Positions 1 through 7,843 of a stretch of 45,009 nt of DNA are shown here, one piece after another. The notes beneath the pieces are model-generated. The model had not been told where the DNA came from. It saw only the letters and a list, made by a program, of their open reading frames with translations, and made no database searches. Numbering within the stretch: position 1 is the stretch's first letter; the number at the start of each line of letters is the position of its first letter. The stretch is taken from the NCBI GenBank assembly GCA_905373275.1, contig CAJPSI010000001.1:1-45009 (forward strand), in the 5' to 3' direction. The position numbers and the translations under genes were made by a program. Source of the DNA: Candidatus Saccharibacteria bacterium UBA1103. Lineage in GTDB: Bacteria; Patescibacteriota; Saccharimonadia; Saccharimonadales; Saccharimonadaceae.

Positions 1-1121
1 GGGTCGCCATCAAGTACCGGCAGATTGGTCGGCGGCTCGGCGGTCTTAGAATTAGCCCAGACTACGCTAGGTGTCTCGACATTCATGTGCGGTAGATGAA
101 AGACGCTGGCCAGCTCCTCGATATTTAAGATAAAGCCTGTGCCATCCGGGAAAGATCGCTTGGCGCAGAGGTCGAGCGCCGCCCGATCGTAGCGAGGCTG
201 AGTAGCCAGCTTAAAGCCATTAAGGCTGGTCGAGTTAAACTGCTTAAAGGCGCTCGCCACGGCATTCATCTGGATGCGAGCCGAGTCTTGGTCGTGTCCG
301 AGGTAAGCTAGCCTGATGCAGACCTTGTAGCCCAGCTTCTGCGATTTCTTCTCCATCTCGCTAATCCGGAGCTTGTCACGGTCAGACAGTTCGGTGTTTT
401 TGTCATTTCCTTCGGGTGGCTGCCAGAGTGCCTCTAGTGCTTGGAGGACGTAGTAGAAGGCACCCGAGCGGAGCGACGAGCCGAAGCCGCTACGATAGCG
501 AGCGACGTACTTAGCGCTATCTTTCTGCCAGCTATCCGGTATAGGTCGGACGAGGATCTGCACCCAGATCTCCTCGTCGTTGCTACCCAGCTTAGTCAAG
601 GCGGCGGTGATACCGGCTAACGGGTCAACGTCGAACGCCTGGAAAGTCCGGATGGGCAAGAATTCGTTGTCGGTCAAGACTAGCTCATCAACTGCTGTAG
701 CTCGGTGGGCATTGATGCCGTCGGCGTAATCTTCCTCAGCCGGCTGAATCTGGACGGTCGGATACTGGGCGTAGATTTGCCCTTCGACGAAGTTCTGCAG
801 ATGCTTAGGGGTGCGGACGTAGAAGCGGATCTGCCCGCCCACGCTGGCGATCTCAAACGAGAGATGCTCCTGAACACCAGTGGCTCGGTGGAGCTCCTGC
901 TTGTCGCGGAGGATGCCGTGCAAGGAAGCGAAGAGCTGCTCGGCAGAGAGCTCTTTCTTGTCGTTATCTCGAGGGATTTCTAGAGCCAGGAGGACGTAGT
1001 TGTAAGCATCGCCAGGGTCGTTAAGGCTATGATAGTTGCGCCAGGTCAAGATGCCGAGAATGCCGACGAGAGGCATCCAGATGTACCACTGGGTAAAGAA
1101 GGTAAACAGCCACTGTATCAT
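1..1121 (-). CDS. Type IV secretion system coupling-protein-like (VirD4/TraD-like) membrane ATPase of CPR type, N-terminal part; runs off the left edge
   Basis: Not in the ORF track (no stop in window). Manual translation from ATG 1121 gives MIQWLFTFFTQWYIWMPLVGILGILTWRNY...LEIPRDNDKKELSAEQLFASLHGI...HLSFEIASVGGQIRFYV...LPIRTF...DPLAGITAAL...ILNIEELASVFHLP, open to base 3. This resembles the N-terminal region of CPR VirD4-like proteins. The ATPase motifs lie outside the window. Confidence 0.7.
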   Translation of the reverse strand, partial: MIQWLFTFFTQWYIWMPLVGILGILTWRNYHSLNDPGDAYNYVLLALEIPRDNDKKELSAEQLFASLHGILRDKQELHRATGVQEHLSFEIASVGGQIRFYVRTPKHLQNFVEGQIYAQYPTVQIQPAEEDYADGINAHRATAVDELVLTDNEFLPIRTFQAFDVDPLAGITAALTKLGSNDEEIWVQILVRPIPDSWQKDSAKYVARYRSGFGSSLRSGAFYYVLQALEALWQPPEGNDKNTELSDRDKLRISEMEKKSQKLGYKVCIRLAYLGHDQDSARIQMNAVASAFKQFNSTSLNGFKLATQPRYDRAALDLCAKRSFPDGTGFILNIEELASVFHLPHMNVETPSVVWANSKTAEPPTNLPVLDGD

Positions 1122-1199
1122 CACCAGTTATCTTATCATATTTAGCGGGCGAATGTTTTAGGCTTGTACTAGTTCGCTAGAGCCCTCACTCTTCACTCT

Positions 1200-1690
1200 A
1201 TTATCATTTTCCTCAGACCCGCCTGGCTGGCTCGTGACACAGCTCTGGCTTCAAGCGTGCACAGTCTTCGGGAAATGACGATGTAGATGAAGGACAAAAG
1301 ACGCCCTTTATGTGTTAAGGACTATATGTGACAGAGTAACTCACCTAAGCTTCCGATGGCTGTTGATATGTCTATAATTTCCAGTCTCATTTCTTAGCCA
1401 ACTTCAGTCAGAGATGAACGCTCCTGGTACGAGTAGTACAGTGTGGTTGACGAAGGCTGTTGATATATCGGTAAGCTATCTAGTGCACGTGGTAGTTTAT
1501 ACGGTGCCAGCCTGTCCAGCACCCAGCAGATGCGTAAGTCTATTCAGATACAATTCAAGCTCATATTACCCTAGTTCTTCTTACGCAACACCAGCTCTAT
1601 GCATCCTGCTGGGATGCTGGGGCCTGAGGAGACCACCTGTACTGCTCGTACAGGGAGCTTTATGTTGTATAAGGAGGCCATATGATCTGT
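1200..1690 (-). ncRNA. Putative large structured non-coding RNA, class unknown
   Basis: Nested helices 1211-1220/1620-1629, 1225-1231/1506-1512, 1256-1262/1483-1489, 1348-1357/1467-1477 and 1516-1533/1601-1620. An upstream minus-strand promoter is present and there is no credible ORF. Ends are approximate. Confidence 0.55.
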
Positions 1691-1695
1691 TCCGG

Positions 1696-1724
1696 ACCAT
1701 AGGGCAAAACGAAAATAGTGTCAA
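1696..1724 (-). promoter_or_regulatory. sigma70-type promoter TTGACA-N17-TATGGT
   Basis: Perfect -35 (1724-1719), 17-nt spacer and -10 TATGGT (1701-1696), pointing into the structured intergenic region. Confidence 0.6.
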
Positions 1725-1751
1725 CTCAAAGGTGATACGGGCAAATGTAAT

Positions 1752-4064
1752 TTACGACGCTTTCCTTCTGCCTCGTCGTCTGGCTGGGCGGGCGGGAGCG
1801 TCGGCTAGTAACCGCCTAGCCCGTTCCTCCGTCAGAGATTTCGGGTCGGTATCTTTCGGGATCTTAGCGTTCTTAGTGCCATCAGTGACATATGGTCCAT
1901 AGCGACCATTCAGGACTTCAATCTCGCCCCAGCTGGCGATGTGCTTGGCTGCCTCGGCCTCCAGCTTGGCTTGGTATAGCTCTCTAGCCTTGGTTTCACT
2001 GATTTCAAAGGGTGACTCCGGCTTGATGCTGACGAAGAGCTTGCCTACCTTGATGTACGGGCCGAAACGCCCGATATTAGCAATGATCTCCTGTCCGTTC
2101 GTTGTCGTGCCGACTTGTCGAGGTAGCTGAAACATCTTGATGGCTTGCTCTAGGGTGACGGTGGCAATGCTTGCTCCCTCGGGCATATTAGCAAAGGTCA
2201 CTTTGGTGTCCTCTTGAGAGCTATCGCCTTTCTGGAGCATAGCACCGTATGCCCCCATCCGAGCATAGATAGGCTGACCATCCTTCGGGTCGGTGCCGAC
2301 CAGTCGCTGACCGGCCACGCTGGAGCGTTCGATCTTGTCGCTATCTTTGATCTTGTCGTGGAAGGGGTTGTAGAATTGCCGGAGCATCTTGACTTTGTCC
2401 AGCTGATGATCGGCGATCTGGTCAAGTTCGTTCTCGATGCCGGCAGTGAAGTCGTAGTCAACTATGTCGTTAAAATAGTCGACCAGGAAGTCAGACAGGA
2501 TGATACCGCTATCGGTTGGCACCAGCTTGCCCTTGGTTGAGCCGGTTTTTTCGTGGGCAGTCCGCTCACTCAACTGGTCGCCCTGGAGAACCAGCTCGTT
2601 AACCGGTCGCTCCACCCCGTCGCTGTCACCCTTCTTAGCGTAGCCCCGTAGCTGAATGTTACTCAGGATGGTGGCATAGGTGGAGGGGCGACCAATCTCC
2701 AGCTCTTCCAGCTTCTTAACCAGCGAGCCTTCGCTGTAGCGAGCTGGCGGTCGGCTGAAGGTCTGCCGGGCAACGATTTCGTTCGCCGTTACAGCTTGAC
2801 CGGCAGCTAAGTCAGGCAAGATCTCGTCCTTGCTGCTACCGTAGACCTTCAAGAAGCCGTCAAAGACCAGCACCTCCCCTTTAGCGGTAAACTTGGGTTG
2901 GTGTCGGCTAATGTCGATGGTGATCGTCGTTCGGTCAATCTTAGCGTCAGCCATCTGGGTAGCCAGAGTGCGCCGACGAATCAGGTCATAAAGCTTCTGG
3001 GCTCGGCTATCACCCGGTACGGACTCTCTGGCTATATCGGTCGGGCGGATAGCCTCGTGTGCTTCCTGGGCCCCGGCAGTCTTAGTAGTAAAGGTGCGGA
3101 ATTGATGGTATCTATCGCCATAGGTCTTGCTAATATAGTCGGTCATCTGAGCTAGGGCTTGGTTGCTCAAGTTGACTGAGTCGGTTCGCATGTAGGTGAT
3201 ATAGCCGCTCTGGTATAACCCCTGGGCGATGCTCATGGTCGCCTTAGCACTGTAACCGAGGCGATTGTTGGCATCCTGTTGTAAGGTACTGGTGGTGAAG
3301 GGTGGCAAAGGGCGTCTGGTGCCGGTCGTCTTGGCTATGTCGGCTACGGTGTATGTGCTGCCGGGCAGACCGGCCAGGAATTGCTTGGCCTGATCTTTGT
3401 CGGTAAAGTCAGTGTCGAGAGTCGCCTTGAAGCTCTGACTGTCGGCATTAAACACACCGGTTGTCTTATAAATAGAGGTAGTCTGATAGTGCTCGATCTC
3501 TCGCTCCCGCTCGACCAGCAAGCGGACTGCCGGTGACTGGACTCGCCCGGCCGATTTGCCGCCCGGGACTTTACGCCAGACTACCGGACTCAGCTCAAAG
3601 CCGACCAGTCTATCTAAGATCTGGCGAGCTTGCTGGGCATAGACCAGGTTCATGTCCACTGTGTGGGGATGAGCCAGTGCCTCGGTGATAGCCTCCTTAG
3701 TGATCTCGTGGTAAGTGATGCGGTTAGTCTTGGCCGGGTCAAGCCCCAGCACCTGGCAGAGGTGCCAAGCAATCGCTTCTCCCTCACGGTCTTCATCTGA
3801 GGCCAGCCAAACGGTCTCAGCTTGCTTGACAGCGTCTTTCAGCTCTTTGACCACTTTTTGCTTCTCGGGGTCAATCTCATAAATAGTGGCGAAGTCGTGC
3901 TCGGTATCAATCGGCTTGACACCGCCGGCGGCTTTCTTAGCGATGGAGCGGATATGACCGATGCTGGCCATGACGGTATAGTCGCTGCCGAGGAAGCTCT
4001 CGATCTTCTTAGCCTTGGCGGGAGACTCGACGATAATCAGGTTCTTGATCTTGGTTGTTTTCAT
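1752..4064 (-). CDS. topA: DNA topoisomerase I (type IA) with Topo_C repeats
   Basis: Motifs LIIVESPAKAK, ASDEDREGEAIAWH, SAGRVQSPA, GYITYMRTDS (catalytic Tyr) and GIGRPSTY-like EIGRPSTY. C-terminal GRFGPY/GRYGPY repeats, no zinc ribbons. Start moved to ATG 4064, just after TGCTATACT. Confidence 0.97.
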   Translation of the reverse strand: MKTTKIKNLIIVESPAKAKKIESFLGSDYTVMASIGHIRSIAKKAAGGVKPIDTEHDFATIYEIDPEKQKVVKELKDAVKQAETVWLASDEDREGEAIAWHLCQVLGLDPAKTNRITYHEITKEAITEALAHPHTVDMNLVYAQQARQILDRLVGFELSPVVWRKVPGGKSAGRVQSPAVRLLVEREREIEHYQTTSIYKTTGVFNADSQSFKATLDTDFTDKDQAKQFLAGLPGSTYTVADIAKTTGTRRPLPPFTTSTLQQDANNRLGYSAKATMSIAQGLYQSGYITYMRTDSVNLSNQALAQMTDYISKTYGDRYHQFRTFTTKTAGAQEAHEAIRPTDIARESVPGDSRAQKLYDLIRRRTLATQMADAKIDRTTITIDISRHQPKFTAKGEVLVFDGFLKVYGSSKDEILPDLAAGQAVTANEIVARQTFSRPPARYSEGSLVKKLEELEIGRPSTYATILSNIQLRGYAKKGDSDGVERPVNELVLQGDQLSERTAHEKTGSTKGKLVPTDSGIILSDFLVDYFNDIVDYDFTAGIENELDQIADHQLDKVKMLRQFYNPFHDKIKDSDKIERSSVAGQRLVGTDPKDGQPIYARMGAYGAMLQKGDSSQEDTKVTFANMPEGASIATVTLEQAIKMFQLPRQVGTTTNGQEIIANIGRFGPYIKVGKLFVSIKPESPFEISETKARELYQAKLEAEAAKHIASWGEIEVLNGRYGPYVTDGTKNAKIPKDTDPKSLTEERARRLLADAPARPARRRGRRKAS

Positions 4065-4093
4065 TTGGTCAAGTATAGCACAATCAGAAATCA

Positions 4094-4119
4094 CCCCGAC
4101 CGAACGAATCCGGTCGGGG
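4094..4119 (-). terminator. GC-rich hairpin, probable terminator of the 4141-4500 gene
   Basis: CCCCGACCG-N8-CGGTCGGGG; weak T-rich flanks on both sides. Confidence 0.55.
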
Positions 4120-4140
4120 CTTTAAGGGCTTTTTTGGGGA

Positions 4141-4500
4141 TTACTCGACGACTGCCATTCCATCCGTTCGGATGGAAAGTCTTATCGTTTGGCCGGTCTC
4201 CATGACCGACCACCCAATTAGCATCACTCCGTCGGAGTTGATGCGAATTGCCCTTCGTCTGTCCACCTTAGGTGGTTCAAGGTGGACAAGCTTAGATCGA
4301 GAATGTCTGCGACTATGCTCTCCGCTGTGCCAGTCGAAGCGCACATAGCGGTAGCGCAGACCCTCGATCAGCTGGTATCCGCTCGTTTGAGCGAATACCG
4401 CAACTAGCTCGTTGTGATTTAATTTCTCAACGAGCCGACCATTTACCCGGATGTCTACCAGGAGATCTCCGGGTTTAAGAGGTTTGCGGGGATTCATCAT
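4141..4500 (-). CDS. Hypothetical basic protein (119 aa) between dprA and topA
   Basis: ORF with strong SD (GAAGGAGGGG) directly upstream and a hairpin downstream; no family recognised. Confidence 0.6.
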   Translation of the reverse strand: MMNPRKPLKPGDLLVDIRVNGRLVEKLNHNELVAVFAQTSGYQLIEGLRYRYVRFDWHSGEHSRRHSRSKLVHLEPPKVDRRRAIRINSDGVMLIGWSVMETGQTIRLSIRTDGMAVVE

Positions 4501-4612
4501 CCCCTCCTTCCCCTCGGCTTGGCTAGCGCATGGCGCTAGATTACCTCACCCTGAGGTAACAACTTTACTGTAATATTACCTTGGGTGGTCGTCAAGCTTG
4601 AGCGACTTCCGG

Positions 4613-5491
4613 CTAGCGCCTGCCCCAGGTATTGTTGCCTAGGGCTACGATGTAGCCGTTTAGTTCAAGCATGGTTAAGGCAAAGCTAAACTGACTGGTG
4701 CTGAGGCCGCTCTTGCTCAGTAGGCGGTCGCCATCGCTTTCACCCTGAACGATCAGGTCGTAGATAATCTGACTGTCGGGCGAGTCGAAGTGAACCTGAT
4801 CCGCCCTCTCGGCTTGACGGTCGGGTCGGTCCTCTGTCTTAGCGAGCGGCAGGCGATCTAAGATGTCCTGTGCCGCGAGCACCGGGCCGGCACCCTGGGC
4901 GATCAATCTATTGCAGCCGGTTGATAGTGGCGAGGTGATATTACCGGGCACCGCCATCACTTCTTTACCCTGGGTCAAGGCGTGTGAGGCAGTATTGAGC
5001 GTGCCGGAGCGCTCGCCTGCCTCGATCACCACCACGATATCGGCGAGGGCACTGATCAAACGGTTGCGCTCCAAGAACTGGTGGGGCAAGACCGGTGCCT
5101 CGGGCGGATACTCACTGATCAGGGTGCCACCCGCCTGAACGATGCGCCGAGCCAGGGTGCGATTGGTCTGCGGGTAGATATGAGCCAGTCCATTGCCTAA
5201 GACGGCCACGGTCGTACCGCCGGCGTCGAGACAAGCTCGGTGAGCCAGCCCGTCATGACCGATGGCTAGTCCACTGACGATGATCACTCCGTGCCGAGCC
5301 AGCTCACCGGTGATCCGGGCGTTGACTGCTCTGCCATAGCCGGTCGGCTTGCGACTACCGACGACGGCGACGGTCGGTGTGAGCGGTGGGATGCTACCGA
5401 TGTACCACAGCTTCTTAGCCGGCTTGTCAATGACGGTTGTCCGCTGGAGAAAATCGTCGTCATGAGGGAGTATTTGCTTGATGTTATCCAT
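4613..5491 (-). CDS. dprA: DNA-protecting protein DprA
   Basis: Motifs VAVVGSRKPTGYG, IVSGLAIGHDGLAH, FLERNRLISAL, EAGERSGTLNTA, VMAVPGNI, GCNRLI, plus a C-terminal wHTH. Likely start ATG 5491. Confidence 0.96.
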   Translation of the reverse strand: MDNIKQILPHDDDFLQRTTVIDKPAKKLWYIGSIPPLTPTVAVVGSRKPTGYGRAVNARITGELARHGVIIVSGLAIGHDGLAHRACLDAGGTTVAVLGNGLAHIYPQTNRTLARRIVQAGGTLISEYPPEAPVLPHQFLERNRLISALADIVVVIEAGERSGTLNTASHALTQGKEVMAVPGNITSPLSTGCNRLIAQGAGPVLAAQDILDRLPLAKTEDRPDRQAERADQVHFDSPDSQIIYDLIVQGESDGDRLLSKSGLSTSQFSFALTMLELNGYIVALGNNTWGRR

Positions 5492-5507
5492 TATCCTGCT
5501 AAAGTAG

Positions 5508-5536
5508 TTGACAATCACGACAAAGCGTGCTAATAT
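5508..5536 (+). promoter_or_regulatory. sigma70 promoter TTGACA-N17-TAATAT with extended -10 TG
   Basis: TTGACA 5508-5513, TG 5528-5529, TAATAT 5531-5536; divergent from dprA. Confidence 0.7.
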
Positions 5537-5541
5537 ATCAG

Positions 5542-5826
5542 CGTTATCGGGTGATAGCCACTGCTAACGCCCGACTAGCACATTATACCCCCTATCATAA
5601 CACTAATTAGTGTTAGGCTACGTGCAGACTCGAAGTATTCTACCCTCCACTTTTAGCTATCGCTTCGGCGACAGCTAGTCGGCACGTATCTAACCCTCTT
5701 GACCGGCGAGCCCCAAGTGTGAGGTGGGTTGCGCTTACTGGTTGTCAGTAGCCGGAATGGTGCGTCGAGAGGTCAAATAGCCCGCTACAGAAGCGATGCC
5801 CACCCTTGCTTCTGGGCGGGCTTTTT
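5542..5826 (+). ncRNA. Putative ~285-nt structured sRNA, class unknown
   Basis: Bounded by its own promoter and an intrinsic terminator. Helices 5547-5553/5568-5574, 5598-5615, 5619-5625/5682-5688, a C(UUCG)G hairpin at 5654-5677, 5696-5703/5764-5771 and 5703-5707/5751-5755. No plausible ORF. Confidence 0.7.
5779..5826 (+). terminator. Intrinsic terminator
   Basis: AGCCCGC..CAGAAGC-loop-GCTTCTG.GCGGGC followed by TTTTT. Confidence 0.75.
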
Positions 5827-5844
5827 GATTGATGATTTCAGAGC

Positions 5845-6909
5845 TTATTCGTCTACCGGGCGATCTTCCAGCAGCTTCTTGCCCTTGATCTCGTACTTTA
5901 GCCCGGTTAGGTCGCTGGTCATGTAGTCGTCATTAAGCAAGCCGACGAAGGTCTCGATATCCCGGCTATCCATGATGATGATAGCGCCGTCGTCGGTGGT
6001 CATCAGATCCAGCCCCATCTCTTCGCCGTAATCAACCAGCTCTTCTTGGGTCTTGGTGCCGAGCTCCAGATTCTGGAGTTTATTGATCAGTTTAGGATGT
6101 CCGGACACCATGGTATTGAGATCTTGCCCTTCCGGGAAGTTGAGCTGATAGCGAGACAAGATCTGCTCAACCTTCTTATCGGCGATAGCCTGCTTCTTGT
6201 AATTATAGCCAAACATGGCCTCAAATTTCTTCGGGGCGAAGGCGAAGATTCGTTGGTCGGCATCATCGTCGCCATTACCGGCGATCAGGACTTGGTTGTC
6301 GAGCGGGATCTTAAAGGCGCTAGCGGCGCTAAACTGCTGCAGTTTGCCATCCTCGCCGATCTCCCAGGCGGTCCGTTCGTTAAGGCTACCTGACCCGGCG
6401 ATCTGTTTACAGACATAGAAAGGTGCGATCTCGGGGTGGGTAAAGCGAGCTGCTATTAGCTTGATGTTCTTGAGCTCGTGGTCGTACTCGTTAAAAGTCT
6501 CGATGCTAGTACGCTCATGCTCGATGACATTTAAGATATGCCCGGCATTACTCACCTGCCCGCAAGTCGAATAGAGCAAGACTCCGGGCTCACTTTCGGA
6601 CTGCTCGTAGGCTCGCACTTCCAGCCCTAGCCCGGCGCCTTTCTCGATTTCGCTGAGCAGGTCAACGATGAAAACAGGGGCGACTTGGGGCTGGAGAGCA
6701 TTGGCGACGGCTAGATGATAAACGGTATAGTGCTTGTTGATCAGGAAGAGCTCAACCTTCAGGTCGTTCTTGAGGCGAGCTAGTTGATTTGCCCAGGCGA
6801 AGAGGTCAAAGCTTGGCTCGCTGGTATTGGTTGAGGTCTCAGTGGTCTCGGGGTTTTCTTCGGTCGGCGTCGGCAGGTTTTGGTTGGTTTGCTCAGAGTC
6901 ATCATTCAT
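5845..6909 (-). CDS. KwaB-like (DUF4868) domain protein
   Basis: Acidic 354-aa protein with KwaB-like pattern (FKIPLDNQVLI, IFAFAPKKFEAMFGY, C-terminal FVGLLNDDYMTSDLTGLKYE). Recognised by eye. Confidence 0.7.
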   Translation of the reverse strand: MNDDSEQTNQNLPTPTEENPETTETSTNTSEPSFDLFAWANQLARLKNDLKVELFLINKHYTVYHLAVANALQPQVAPVFIVDLLSEIEKGAGLGLEVRAYEQSESEPGVLLYSTCGQVSNAGHILNVIEHERTSIETFNEYDHELKNIKLIAARFTHPEIAPFYVCKQIAGSGSLNERTAWEIGEDGKLQQFSAASAFKIPLDNQVLIAGNGDDDADQRIFAFAPKKFEAMFGYNYKKQAIADKKVEQILSRYQLNFPEGQDLNTMVSGHPKLINKLQNLELGTKTQEELVDYGEEMGLDLMTTDDGAIIIMDSRDIETFVGLLNDDYMTSDLTGLKYEIKGKKLLEDRPVDE

Positions 6910-7141
6910 GTCGGCAATTATAGCATAGTAATCATCGGAGCTTATGGATTGATTGTCGTCTTGCCATCTCTATGCCGACAAGTTAATCCTTTCTATTTAC
7001 ACAGCCTCTGTTACCGTTTGGTAGTTACGATGCAGTCCTGGCCTTAAGTGCATGCAGTCTTCCGGAAATGGCCGCTACAAACGAAAGATAAAGTTAATTA
7101 TATCCATTAAAGAAACTTGGTCGTACGTATTTGTTAATTGT

Positions 7142-7777
7142 TTAACCCTCCCGAAGATAACTCATTACTTTTCGGGGTGTGATAGTGATAGTTTCATCCG
7201 TCGCAGCGGCAACCGCACGATTGACGCTGTTTGAAAAGCAGATGTAAGTTGTTTTGCATTTGCGCTTTCTAATTTTATGATAGCTTGGGCATAAATCCGT
7301 GTCGGAGCTGACAGATATAACATTTACATTTTCTACTTCGTACGATAATTCAAGCATATCCAGTGCCATTCGAACGTCGACGCCTTTCTCTTGTAAAACA
7401 TCTTGAGCCTTGTGGCAGTGGTTGCATTTTTTACCTTCTTTTACTTTCAAATTACCAGCTTTAATGTAATTAATATGCTGACTCTTTAACATTGCAACCC
7501 AGCGACGTGAATTTTCTTTAATTCGGTCTATCCGTTTCCGGATTTTCGGGGATGGAGTATAGCCTTTTGACGTTTTGATTTCGGATGCATAGTAGTTGAT
7601 CTCGACTCCATTAATTCCTAAAGTGTCCTCGATTAGACCACGTACATCCAATGAAAAGTAGATATTCTTGTCTGCGATAACCCCCTGATCGTGTAGTAGC
7701 TCGGCTACTCTTTGGCGAAAATTTTCGCCGTCAATAAAAACCATTCTTCTATTATCAACTAAATTTTTAGACATCAC
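7142..7777 (-). CDS. NYN (LabA/DUF88, PIN-like) domain ribonuclease
   Basis: Motifs VFIDGENF, QEKGVDVRMALDM and SSDTDLCP, plus a CxxC insert. AT-rich relative to neighbours; SD GGAGG. Confidence 0.9.
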   Translation of the reverse strand: MMSKNLVDNRRMVFIDGENFRQRVAELLHDQGVIADKNIYFSLDVRGLIEDTLGINGVEINYYASEIKTSKGYTPSPKIRKRIDRIKENSRRWVAMLKSQHINYIKAGNLKVKEGKKCNHCHKAQDVLQEKGVDVRMALDMLELSYEVENVNVISVSSDTDLCPSYHKIRKRKCKTTYICFSNSVNRAVAAATDETITITPRKVMSYLREG

Positions 7778-7843
7778 GCCTCCCCTTCCATCATAACAAA
7801 AGCCCCGCTGAGGATGTTATCCAACACGGGGTGATGCACTATC

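Noticed and set aside
680..983. ORFs 680-877 (-) and 705-983 (+)
   Set aside because: Shadow frames of the real minus-strand gene 1-1121, which the ORF track missed
1358..1466. GGCTGTTGATAT pair as a CRISPR mini-array
   Set aside because: Only two 12-bp copies 97 bp apart, and no cas genes in the window
1414..1902. 162-aa plus-strand ORF
   Set aside because: Overlaps the topA 3' end antisense, has an atypical Cys/Ser/Tyr-rich composition and no RBS; the region is better explained by RNA structure
1200..5826. Identifying the two structured RNAs as RNase P RNA, tmRNA, SRP RNA, 6S RNA or T-box
   Set aside because: No GAGGAAAGUCC or matching P4 partner, no tRNA-like ends with T-arm and CCA, no SRP helix-8 motif, no single long 6S rod and no T-box sequence. 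A covariance search is still needed to exclude divergent members.
5729..5926. 65-aa plus-strand ORF
   Set aside because: TTG start, crosses an intrinsic terminator and overlaps the KwaB-like gene antisense
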